Below, in pieces: positions 25,356-39,079 of a stretch of 60,576 nt of DNA; within the stretch, counting starts at the first letter, position 1, and each line of letters begins with the position of its first letter. The stretch is from Tubiluchus corallicola. Taxonomy: Eukaryota > Animalia > Priapulida. The notes below the pieces were generated by a model. That model made no database searches and had not been told where the DNA came from. It saw only the letters and a program-made list of their open reading frames with translations. The DNA is taken from the NCBI GenBank assembly GCA_030141605.1, contig JAQGDQ010001130.1, forward strand, positions 1-60,576. Direction: 5' to 3'. A program made the translations under genes and the position numbers.

Positions 25356-25752
25356 GATAATGATAATGATAATGATAATGATAATGATAATGATAATGAT
25401 AATGATAATGATAATGATAATGATAATGATAATGATAATGATAATGATAATGATAATGATAATGATAATGATAATGATAATGATAATGATAATGATAATG
25501 ATAATGATAATGATAATGATAATGATAATGATAATGATAATGATAATGATAATGATAATGATAATGATAATGATAATGATAATGATAATGATAATGATAA
25601 TGATAATGATAATGATAATGATAATGATAATGATAATGATAATGATAATGATAATGATAATGATAATGATAATGATAATGATAATGATAATGATAATGAT
25701 AATGATAATGATAATGATAATGATAATGATAATGATAATGATAATGATAATG

Positions 25753-25782
<30 letters not shown>
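25255..25782. repeat. (ATAATG)n microsatellite
   Basis: Read directly from the sequence. Confidence 0.95.
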
Positions 25783-25783
<1 letters not shown>

Positions 25784-26108
25784 CATTCATACACAAGTAA
25801 AAATGAGCAGAAATTTAAGATTCAAACAGGAGATTGACTATTAGTCCAACTAGAGCTCGGTAGGTGTAGAATGGTTTTATAAAAATTATAATGTACAATG
25901 GTAATAATCTAAATGGATACCTGCAGTTTGGATTATGTCATTCATAAGCAACTCTCCCAGATTCACATATAACATAATTCCTACTACATATAGATGAATG
26001 ATAGTTATACTGCTAAAAAGCTGGTAATGACTGCAAAAGTTCAATACAGCCAATGACATATGACAGCACTATAAAATAGCGTACTTAGATAAACTTTTTT
26101 TTCTATTT

Positions 26109-27217
26109 TTATTCATTCACTATCTCTGCATCCCAATTAAGTTTTTTCGGTTTGTTTGGAAACGTGATGTAAGAATCACTCCATCTGTCTAGAACAGTTT
26201 TACTACGTTTGCATTTGCCGATACGTTTATCAGTTTTCTTTATATGAGCTCCTGGTTCAAATATGTTACAAACCAAACTTTCATTCATACTACAAATGTT
26301 TTCATAAAGTGTATAGATGTGATTTTTATTGAAGTAGCAACCTGTGTATGCCTCCGGAAATGTTAATTTGTTTTTTTCACGTGCAAATATGTTTAGCATC
26401 AGATTCTTTTCTTCTGGAATGTACGGGCGAAATGAAGGATCTTTCAATTTTTCAAACACCCACTGGAGAAATTTCGACCAAACGTGTGGCATAGGAGCTA
26501 AACCCCACGGTCCGACAAGTGGGTTTAAATAAGCTGTGTCATTGCACTCTGGACACAATGGTTGTCTGTATTGAACATGACCTCCGGTCATTCTCCCAAC
26601 GGTGCCTCCATCCATTAGTGTTACAGCGCCCACGTCTGGATGATCCTTGTAGAAGAGTAGGGCAGCTTTTATCCATCTGTAGTAGAACCTAGACGGGACA
26701 AGATCATCTTCCATTATGATACCATAATATCCTGGTTTTTCCGATGGTACCCAACAAGTGAACCACTGCATAAGAATCCCTTTCTTGTGATTACTGACAA
26801 CAACTTGCTTATCGCCATACGGCCACTCGAATGAAGTGACAATCGAAAGTGTTTCTTCCGAATTATGCCGATTTTTGTCGATGCAAATTTTCAGCTGTAC
26901 TTCATCACCGCCGTACTCTGCTTCGGCTAAAGTATTGAGCAGCCTCTTTAATGACGCAGGTCTATCCATTGTCAATACGGCAATCTCCAGACGGAATGGG
27001 GTGCCTTGTAAAGGACACTTTCCTGTGTTGTATTCAACATTACTGGTACCGTGTACATTAAAGTTTGTCGTAACGAGTCGAAATCCTGAAACTTGTGAAA
27101 TTTTTCTTCCCTTATGTTTTCCCTTGAAAACATAACAATTGCACAGAACGTGAACTGGCCCAGTATAAAGACAAATATCACGCAAAAAAATGCATTGTAA
27201 GTTTGACAAGTTTTCAT
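26109..27217 (-). CDS. GT-A fold (GT2-like) glycosyltransferase, single coding exon, with an apparent frameshift between the type II signal anchor and the catalytic domain
   Basis: Catalytic frame has IAVLTMDRPASLKRLLNTL and IIMEDDLVPSRFYYRW (EDD, DxD-like). The overlapping frame from ATG 27217 encodes the anchor MKTCQTYNAFFCVIFVFILGQFTFCAIVMFS. Confidence 0.8.
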
Positions 27218-27966
27218 GACACCAATATAACATATCTTCTCATATAAGTGAATTCAGAAAATGGTTAATATCACGTAAAACAGAAAGCAGAACAGCACAA
27301 AGTCCAAGTCGTAGCTCAGTAGTATATATTTGCATGGTTTATGACATGAGATCACAGAAGTTAACCTGACAACGAAAACCATGAAACGAAAACCATATAT
27401 GGATCAAAAATGTTTATCGTGAATTTGTAAATAACCCTTGAGCTGTTTTTGGACAGTAATGATCATGTTACGTGATCAAAAGTCCTTTTTTGTAGTGAAC
27501 TACGGACTGAACCAAGAACGTTCGACAAAAATAATCAGTCAATAAACATGTATATATATATAACACGCGTATCCACAATCAGTAGCGAACCGGCTCCATG
27601 CAGACAAAGTTATCAGTTGCAATGCAGATTTTCTTAAGAATTAATTTTATAGCTTTCTAAATCCATTAAGTTCAAATATAGGCCCTTAGTGGCTTACAGT
27701 ATCGATATAGCAGGATAAATTAACCCCGCGAATAGTTTTGCCCAGGCTACAGTATTCCCGGGTGGTTGTTATAGGCCAAACTATATCCGGGTGTAAAATA
27801 CCCTAGCTAGACTCTACCCCTTCAGGCCAGAATATACCACACTTGTGCAATGAGGTTTTGATTGTATAAAATACACTTACTAATATTTACAAACAAGTAA
27901 AACGTTTGCATAGGACAACAATTTCCCGTCTTGGACACATGTAGGTTGCTGCTACGTGAGACTCGC

Positions 27967-29488
27967 GACAGTAGAGCACCATTCACCCCATGACAGTAGA
28001 GCACCATTCACCCCATGACAGTAGAGCACCATTCACAACATGACAGTAGAGCACCATTCACCCCATGACAGTAGAACACCATTCATCCAATGACAGTAGA
28101 GCACCATTCACAACATGACAGTAGAACACCATTCACCCCATGACAGTAGAACACCATTCACCCCATGACAGTAGAACACCATTCATCCAATGACAGTAGA
28201 GCACCATTCACAACATGACAGTAGAACACCATTCACCCCGTGACAGTAGAACACCATTCACCCCATGACAGTAGAACACCATTCACCCCATGACAGTAGA
28301 GCACCATTCACTCAATGACAGTAGAACACCATTCACCCCATGACAGTAGAACACCATTCACCCCATGACAGCAGAACACCATTCATCCCATGACAGTAGA
28401 ATACCATTCACCCCATGACAGTAGAACACCATTCACCCCATGACAGTAGAACACCATTCACTGCATGACAGTAGAGCACCATTCACCCCATGACAGTAGA
28501 ACACCATTCACAACATGACAGTAGAACACCATTCACTCCATGACAGTAGAACACCATTCACCCCATGACAGTAGAACACCATTCACAACATGACAGTAGA
28601 ACACCATTCACTCCATGACAGTAGAACACCATTCACCCCATGACAGTAGAACACCATTCACAACATGACAGTAGAACACCATTCAACCCATGACAGTAGA
28701 ACACCATTCACCCCATGACAGTAGAACACCATTCACAACATGACAGTAGAACACCATTCACTCCATGACAGTAGAACACCATTCACCCCATGACAGTAGA
28801 ACACCATTCACAACATGACAGTAGAGCACCATTCACCCCATGATAGTAGAGCACCATTCACAACATGGCAGTAGAACACCATTCACCCCATGACAGTAGA
28901 ACACCATTCACCCCATGACAGTAGAACACCATTCACAACATGACAGTAGAACACCATTCACTCCATGACAGTAGAACACCATTCACCCCATGACAGTAGA
29001 ACACCATTCACAACATGACAGTAGAGCACCATTCACAACATGACAGTAGAGCACCATTCACAACATGGCAGTAGAGCACCATTCACTCCATGACAGTAGA
29101 ACACCATTCATCCAATGACAGTAGAACACCATTCACCCCATGACAGTAGAGCACCATTCACAACATGACAGTAGAGCACCATTCACCCCATGACAGTAGA
29201 ACACCATTCATCCAATGACAGTAGAGCACAATTCACCCAATGACAGTAGAACACCATTCATCCAATGACAGTAGAGCACCATTCACCCCATGACAGTAGA
29301 ACACCATTCATCCAATGACAGTAGAGCACCATTCACAACATGACAGTAGAGCACCATTCACCCCATGACAGTAGAACACCATTCATCCAATGACAGTAGA
29401 GCACCATTCACCCCATGACAGTAGAACACCATTCATCCAATGACAGTAGAGCACCATTCACAACATGACAGTAGAACACCATTCACCC
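27967..29488. repeat. 25-bp minisatellite, ~61 copies
   Basis: Unit gacagtaga(a/g)caccattca(cccc/caac/ctcc/tcca)at. Confidence 0.95.
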
Positions 29489-29694
29489 TTCATCACATAA
29501 TACCACTTGTAGTATCTGCCCCATATTTGGTAATTTCGCACTATTTCCGGTGTTTGTTGTTACGTTCCTGTATAAGTGTTTCAAGTTGGACTTTTAGTCG
29601 GTAGCCTATATTTTTACTATATTTCAGAGCAGCTTTGGTCTGGAAAATTTACACTTTCTTTGTCAAAATTCAATTCTGAATTGAATCTGACAAC

Positions 29695-30092
29695 TAGGGG
29701 TGAGTATTCTCTACCAGGAAACGAACTCGAATGGAATGGAATTTGCGACTTCCGATTTTGAATCGAATCGAACTTCAGTATTTCGATTTCGAATCGAATT
29801 CGAATTGAGATTGAAGGATTTTCGAACGAGTTTTCGAACCACCAGTAAAAATTAGTCTTACAAAGATCATGCATATTACTCGATTTTGTTCTGCAGTAAA
29901 AGCACCACTAATTTGTTTAAAATTATGCACAGAAATCACGCTAAACTATGCTAATTGTTTGGTGTTTCAATCGTTTTAATGATAAAGAACGCATGTGATG
30001 GAAGTGAATAATTTTTCGAGCCTATAGTTTTCGGTTCGAATCTAGTTCGAACAAAACATTCATTCGAAACGAGCCAAAAAAATTCACCCTTA
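29695..30092. mobile_element. hAT-type MITE rich in TTCGAA motifs
   Basis: Termini TAGGGGTGA...TCACCCTTA; 8-bp TSD ctgacaac / ctgacaat. Confidence 0.75.
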
Positions 30093-31541
30093 CTGACAAT
30101 TGTTCAATTTGTAGTTAATCACTTTCTCAAGTTGCCAGAGTGTGCGTTACCTTGAGCGTGGCGCCATCTACAGCAATGAATATAAAACAACGACTTGATA
30201 TTGCTGGATAAGGTTACAATGAAAAACAGTGCCTAGGCCTAGAACTACTGACAATAATTTGAAGACTAGTGGAAAATTCCACACATTGAATTCTTGCACG
30301 CCTCCCTATCCCTTAGTTTGTCTGAATAAAATTTAATAAATAAATAGATAAAAAGAAAGTATGTCCGTGGTAAAACTTGCAGACTTCTCTATAATGAAAC
30401 ACGACATGGTGAATTGTCACTTTGAAATCAAGTTTTTTTCTTTTCTATTCTGACCTATTTGGCTGACGGCATCATTTCACAAGCCGCAACTTAGCTTTTA
30501 AAATCACAAGTAACAAATAAAACAATTTATAATAAAATAATTATTATAATTATTTTATAATAAAATGTTGAAGAATTCTTGTGCATATCACTCAACACTG
30601 CCGATATCACGTGGGTATAATCTAGCCTGCTGGTATGAATTGGTGGTATAATATACCCGGGGTATAATCTAGCCTAGGACGCTTTAATTCCGGGTATAAT
30701 CATTGTTTGTTGTTAATTGTTGCTGTCGTTACTTCTCTGATGTTAACTATTCATATTTACAAGTCCAGTAATGACCAGTTTTTACTTTACTAGCAGAGTG
30801 ACCAGTGATTGATTACTGATTGCTTGTTTGTGGCGCAATGTCAATTTGGCCTTTGCTTCATAGACTCGCAACTACCGGACTGCGGAAAATGATGTGTGTG
30901 CTTGTGTGTGTGTGCGTGCGTGCATGCGTGCGTGCGTGTGCGTGTGTGTGTGCCTGCGTGCGTGCATGCGTGTGTGTCTGCGTAGGGATAAGATCACTTG
31001 TAGCCTGTAGCAATGATTTCAAAAAGTATGCATCTCTACAAAATTTTGTGATTTCCAACACGGAAACCTAGCCAAAATGCATTAAGCATTTCTGCATAGA
31101 TTACGGAGATTACTATCCAACAGACGTGCTTTTTATTGCCATTCGAATCCTACGGGATTCCATTCTCTTTCAATTATCTTTCCCTCCAGAATTTTTTTTT
31201 GTTCAAGATCAGTCAGAGAAGACCGGTTTTTTCCCTACCCCTCACATTATTGTCAGTAGTTCTATACCTATGCAATATTGTTTCATTGTATCCTATTCAA
31301 CAATACCATGTCAAGTTTGTTGTTTTATATTCATTACTGTAGATGGCGCCACGTTCATGGTAAAGGACATGTCTAGCAATTTGAAGCAGTGATTAACTAA
31401 TCTTAGAAAATGAGTAATTGTATGTAATTTTCTCTGCAACAACTAAACCATTTGTCACAAATGATACAGCAAACGAACCCATTCTCAGTCTCAGTCTCCT
31501 CTCCTTGAATTCCTTAGAGAGCTTATTAATCAACTACTACT

Positions 31542-32475
<934 letters not shown>

Positions 32476-33074
32476 AGGATGAAGAGTAGAATTACATTAC
32501 AACACACTTTAGATATGTAGTTACTGCAAGGCCATATTAACAATCCATTCAGAGGTTTCGTAGTAAACCACGTTACAGTTTCATGTCGAGTGCAGTCAAT
32601 AGTTCCCATTTTTTCTGTTTCTTACCAGCTAGATAATAGGCCCGCACACGACTCCATACAATCACAGATAATTACTATCCATATAATTATCTATGACCGT
32701 GACTGAGCCAAAGTGCGAAACCCGATGATTACAATACATGAACGTGGCTTGCTCCAGCAGCTGCTTTAATTAGTGAGGACTTAATTATTAATTAGTTGTG
32801 ACAGAATGACACGCTATTGTTTTTAGTTACTCATTGTTTTCGTACAAGGCAGTCCATTGTTGGTATCCTTTACCCATTCACGTTTTTAAATTCTCCTTAT
32901 TCCATTGTTTTGTTGTTTTTAAATTTTCCTTATTCCATTGTTTTGTTGTTTTTAAATTTTCCTTATTGCATTGTTTTGTTGCTTGTGATGAAAAGAAAGA
33001 CGTGCAAATTGACCAATGTGCAATAGGACTAATTCTGAGGCGCTAGCTTAAAGTTTATCGTACTATATCCAACC

Positions 33075-33530
33075 CTAGATCGGGGCGAACTTTCCCAATC
33101 AGAAGCAGAATTCGAATAGAATCAAGTTTTGACTTTCGAACTCCAATCAAACAGCACTTCAAGATTTCGAAATCGAATTCGGTGTTAAAATTTTTGGAAT
33201 AAAGTTCTGATTCTATTAATAAAAAGCACAGTTTAGCAGAGACCATGCACACAGTCTAGCAGAGACCATGCATACTTATTTGATTAAAAGCACAGTCTAG
33301 CAGAGACCATGCACACAGTTTAGCAGAGACCATGCATACTTAGCTGATTTTGTTCTGGAGTATTAAACTGCTAATAATTTGTTTAAACGTGTGAACGGAA
33401 ATTACAGCTAAATAACGTATGTTGTTGAAATGCTGGATTATTTTGAATCTATAATTTAGGTGCAAATTGAATCGAATTAAATAAAGCTCGTTTGAATCGA
33501 ATTAGAACGTTCGACTCGAACGTTCGATGT
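33075..33530. mobile_element. Diverged relative of the MITE at 29695
   Basis: Colinear similarity (gatttcgaaatcgaattc; catgcata...gattttgttctg...taatttgtttaaa). Confidence 0.5.
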
Positions 33531-33902
33531 GTTTACTATCATTTTTACGTATGAGTTTATTAGTGTGTTGTATTCTGGTTAGTAATTCATATTTATACTT
33601 CATATTGATGAGATTGATATTTCAGTGTCAGATACGATATTTACATGACTAACAAACGTACTAATATGACAAATATTATAGACGGAATCATGAATGATAT
33701 TATGAAAAATAATTAACATTTTATTGGCTGATAAACAGTTATTTCGAACCACTGCACATTAGCAATATGCAACGCTCTTTGAAATGCAAAAATCATTATA
33801 ATAAATTCTGACAAAGTACGAAAAGTGCCTTCTGTATAATTGTATTGCTATTACAGAAGCAATGAAACAAATAAATAAATAAGTAAATAAATAACAAATT
33901 CA

Positions 33903-34430
33903 CAAGGTGTCTCATAAGTAAAATAAGTCACTGTACATTTTAATTTCTGATTTTCTTTTCAAATTTCTCTCCAATCTCAGCAAGGCTTACATGAATGAAA
34001 CGAGGCCTGTGGCTTCACTTTTCATTTATTTTTTGACTGGAACTTAGTTGTTGTGGTGACGACAGTAACATTGAAAATAAGGCGCAAAATCAACCTCAGC
34101 AGGTCCCTCGAACAGCTACTAAAGTTGTGTGTCATAGCACCTTATGAAGCAACTACCTCACATGTAACTACTATCTCACAAACTAACAAGGTTCAGTCTT
34201 TCCTCATCACTCGTGGGCTGTGAGAAACTTTGTCATTGGACTTTATCTGCCTTGCCACTGGATTGGTCTCTAAAACTCTCGGGGTCCCTAGAGAATGTTG
34301 CAAAGAAACAGCAAAGCCGGCTGTTTTCCCGTGCCTAAGGTTTTAGTTGATCTGTATCAATTTAAACATTTTGTTTTGTTTGTTTAAAAACGCAGAAAAT
34401 GTAGTGTATAGTGACTTATGAGACACCCTG
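33903..34430. mobile_element. Tc1/mariner-type MITE
   Basis: TIRs ca(a/g)ggtgtctcataagt...acttatgagacaccctg; TA on the right flank, CA on the left. Confidence 0.7.
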
Positions 34431-35069
34431 TATAATTAAAGAATTAGCGGGAAACGTACAAAATAAATCTGGTTAAGTCTGGATCCTTTTCCCGTTTTTT
34501 CATCCTCACTAACTTCTATTTGCCAGACCAGGAGAGCTCCCAAAAAATTTGCACTATTGATAAACGCAGTTCACTCGAATTTTTTATTTATGATTAAGAT
34601 TAAATTCTTGTTTTCTTTTCACTGTCCTGCCCTGTTCACAGAATTCGTGGTTCATGAAATTTTAATTGATGATAACATGATATTTGTGGGAGCAGCTAAG
34701 AATTTTAATTTAGCAGCTTCAGCCTCCGAGAAGCGTTCCCAGAAACAGGGATCCCACAAGAAGTGTTGGGATCTCTGAGAATGTTCCGCTACAATAACTC
34801 GTTCCACTAGTCAGTAGCCTTGAATGCTCTAGTTCTAGCCAGGGGTTCGCGTGCGCTGTAATGAGGGCAGTAAATGTTCCGCAACAGCGAACAAGTCGTA
34901 AGAACGGTTAAGCAGCGAACGCGGGTTAGTAGCTTTCAGTAGCTTTCGCATCAGACGTTTGGCCTCTGTTCCGCCGCTCTGTGACTTCCGGCGTACTGGA
35001 GACGCATCGTCGTTGTTTTGTGATGTGCACGCGTGCAGCGCAATCATAATGACGAATCTTCAAGTTACG

Positions 35070-35183
35070 ATGTCTTCTTCAAGAACCTCGGTCGTTGTCT
35101 TTCTCTGCGTCTGTGTGATTGCTGTGGAGGCTGGGCCAATCATCAAGTCCAGAGGAAGATCACTCAACATCGCCCAAGCCATA
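35070..35183 (+). CDS. First coding exon of a secreted protein (MSSSRTSVVVFLCVCVIAVEA/GPIIKSRGRSLNIAQAI)
   Basis: Hydrophobic core with V-E-A cleavage motif, phase-0 donor ATA|GTAAGT, CpG-rich upstream region. Downstream exons not identified. Confidence 0.65.
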
Positions 35184-38100
35184 GTAAGTTCTTTAACTCT
35201 GTTGTGATTCATTGTGGCAAATTTTGGGTATCTTAAGAATCATGTTGTTTAAATATCATGGTGTTTAAATAATGATGACAGACTTAAAAAAGATACTGAT
35301 AATTTTAAAAGAGAGCAAAGTTCGAAGAAGAATGATGAAAGATATAACAAGGAAAAGAAAAATATACACATTAAAAAACTGTTAGGAGTGCAGCAGAAAG
35401 GCTTGCGAAAAACTAAAATTAAAGATCACCAAGTCAGTCCTTTCTGATAGGCTGAAACTTGTGGAAAATTACGGCTTGGTGTTAAGTAGGTAATGCAAGT
35501 TGCGGATCGAAAAAGTTCAGATAAGAAAAAGTTACGAATTTGCAGTCAATAAAGAATTTGTGATAAAAAAATTTCTGTCGTTTCGTCATGCAGTAACATA
35601 ATAGTGGTAGTAATAAAGAAATAATATTGGTAAAGTAATAATAATGTAATTCTTTATTGCAATAAAATTGTACATCAAAATAATGGTGATAAAATACGCA
35701 TTCTAATCTAAATGATAATCAGTTTATATGTCAAGAGATGTAAGCAATAGTGTTCCGATTATTGAAAATTAAATAAATTGTCCCTACAATTAAAAACGCA
35801 AGTTAGCTTCCAATTGTACAAATTATATATTATAAGCACAGATTAACATAAGTAAGTTTATATTCAGTATTTTATGTAGCAGTTCCTGAATTTCAGTACT
35901 TTTGGTGCTAAGAAACCCACTGAAATCTTCAGATAATTTTTACAAACAAAATCTACACTACGTTGAATTGTTTAAGTTTTGTTTGCAGCATTCCGTTTTC
36001 GAAATAAAAATTAAAGAGAATAAACAGCTAGAAAATAACTAGAACAAAATAGAAACGGCATTTCTCGTAAACTTTCAATATCCGAAAAAACTGATTCCTG
36101 AAAACGTTGGTTTTCCCTACAATCCCAGAAATTGTTTGTTTTCTTAGAACTTTTCATCGTATCCTCCTCCAATGGAAATGGAAGGATTAATCCCGGAAAG
36201 GTCTTTATAACCTGTTTGTCTATAAACTGAGAGAATGCAGATTCGTCGGTGTTTGTCACAACTCTGTCTTATCAACTTCACTATTTAATCAATTTTGTAA
36301 TTAATAATTAAGCAATAACATTTACGACTGCCTGTTTAATTGTTATTCAAAGCGAACTGTTGATTTTGAAGAATTTCTCAGCTACTGACCTAGACCATAA
36401 AATTACAGCATTTCATGTCTCAATAATTTACGAAACCGCCCACACTCATGTTTTTATTAAACAAGTCTTCCTGCCCGTTCAGTCTTTGACCTCGCCGTCA
36501 GCCAGGTATATAATTACCTGGCAAAAACTTAACCCTTTGACTGCTTATAACAACGACATGCAGGCTCGTAGTTAACGGTTCGTAGACCGTTTCTGCCTTG
36601 TATAACAGTTTTGCCCAGTACGATAAATGTGGCAAAGTTAACTTGTGTTTGCTAATACAACTGTCAAACTGTTTACTGTTTTTAAAACCGATACTTAGCT
36701 GTAAAGAACCGTAAAAATTCTAATGCTACTAGGTTTTCAAGAGGAGTTTGACAAATTACACGTATTCTACCATGTTGGTGATTTTAATCCTTGCAGATCC
36801 ACTTCCGGAACAGATTCTCACATTTGCAACGTGTCAAAAGTTACGGGAAAATCACAAACTAAACAAAAAAAGTATTATTTTTACTTTAACACTAGAAGTA
36901 AATGTTTAGAAGTGTTATGCAGCATAATCTCTAAACAATTTGAACCATGACCGAAGAAACCTTTCGTCGTGAAATTTGATCCTAAAGTTACCATAAACGT
37001 GAGGATAATATGTTGTGTTTTTGCACTTAGAGTTTTGCATATATACACATATCAATTATTTGGTTTAAAGATTAAAGGAAAAGGACACATCATTTAACAT
37101 GTTAGGTTGATGCTATCACTATAACGAGTTCATACTTTTGAAGTCTTGCCTAATTCTTATGCAAGAATATCGCAAAATTAGCGGTCTAGTTTTTTGTAAT
37201 AACTCATTGTACTTTCTGACGGAAACTGTCAGTGACGGAAACTGTCAGTGTCGGAAACTGTTTTTCGTCAGCCAAAGAATGACGACATTGGTGGATGACT
37301 ACAATGACCAATAACTAGATATTCAGAGTGACTTCATGTATGTATTTATATGATGCGTAGACGTACAGACGGACATACAATTAATAAGAAGCTTTTGGAT
37401 TTTAGAAGACATATAAATGAAGGTAGCAGTAAATAGTTACAACAGATACTTAGATAAATAGATAAGAAAGTTGCTATAAAACAAAATTAGATTCTAGAAA
37501 AGTTTAAAATTGTATACGAGTAAGTCGGCTGTACAATAAAACAGTCATTTAGACGGTTGGACGGTATGTCATACCAGCAGACAGACAAGCTGACAAGCTG
37601 GAACATGAACAAGCAGGTACTCCACACAATTCGGCAGACGGTGTGAGACGGTTGACCAAAGCAGTGAAATGGACAGGGCGATGGACTGAAAACAGACATA
37701 GAACGATATGGGAGAAAGAAGTCAACAAACACTCGAGAACTGTTTCTGCGCCCTACATTGCTCACCCCTTTTGAAAGGAGACGCTGCTTTTCACCGCTGA
37801 AAACCACTCTAGAGTCAGTAAACAAGAAACTGTTGTTCATTAGCATCAGAACCCGAGAACTTTTGCAAGAAGTCGAGCGCATTTCCAACCATATCGAGAG
37901 CTACTCAACAAAACAAAACCGTGGTCATATTGTGCACGGGCCAACTGTCGGACAAGTGTTGTTTGCCGAGTAATTTAAGGTCGCCCTCGATTGTTTTATC
38001 GTCTCTTATTTTCTCCCCAGTAAGCCGTGAGAAACGTGCCAAAATGTCCAAGTTTCTCTTTCCATAAAGCAAAATCCCCGCCGAGTCGCAAATTAACTGC

Positions 38101-39079
38101 TGTCTTAGAGAGTGGAGAATCGGGTCAGTAAGAAAAAATAGCTTTTGCACAATATGGCGAAGCACCTTATTGGAAAGTCTTTTTCCTGCGGGTACTGGCT
38201 GTTCTAAAAAGAGCACAATGCGTTAACGGAGAAATCATTTCATCACGTGACATCCACTGTAATCGTTTCGTTAAAATCCTACTTTTTAATAACCGGTAAT
38301 TAAAAGTGTTGAATTTTAAGCACGTCCGTGAAAAGAAAGTTTCTCCTAGCTAGACATTAATGTGTCAAAGATATTTGACGCAACTTTGTCACAAGAAATC
38401 GTGTTACTAACGGTCTGTCCAACTTTACAGTCGAACCCCTGAGCTATTTTTAGCCTATTTTTGCAGTGCAATCTTTGAAGAATGTCTACCTCGAGACAAA
38501 AGTTTTTAAATGCATCTAAACGTTTTTTTCATTTTTGTTAAGAACACGGGAAGCGGAAAGGGATCAGGGTGGATCATAAAGTCGAATGTGACTTCGCTAA
38601 TGAAAAACCCATAATCATTCAACGCAAACCTTTTGTACTGTTTTCAACAATACATCATGTAAGAAGTGATCCTCAGCTCTAATTGAACTACGAATGTTCA
38701 GAGTTTGAAGAACTTAGTCAGTCAATCAGTCAAGTTGCTGTGAGATCTCCATTCAAAGGACCAATGTAGACCTTTTATAACTTCTACATCTTATGACGAA
38801 TTTAAAAAAAAAAGTTCATTGCGAGACATGCTGGCGGAGATCCTTGCAAACGGAAACTCAGTAATCAGAGAGAAAGAAAAAGCAGAGAGAACTTTAAAGC
38901 ATTCCTCTCTTACATGAGCGTACACTGGGCAGTCAATAATTACATTCAATTCATCTTCTACTTTGTTAAAACAACAATTTTCACATACCCGTTGTTCTAC
39001 AGGTATTTTTTCGGCTTATGATATCTACCCATTTCAATTACTAATTTATTGTGCACAAATACGAATTCTGGTTAAAGTC

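Noticed and set aside
37487-38216. Minus-strand ORFs of 103 and 133 aa with a GTGAGC donor near 37764
   Set aside because: No recognisable domain and no linked exons. It may be a non-coding first exon, but this is unsupported.
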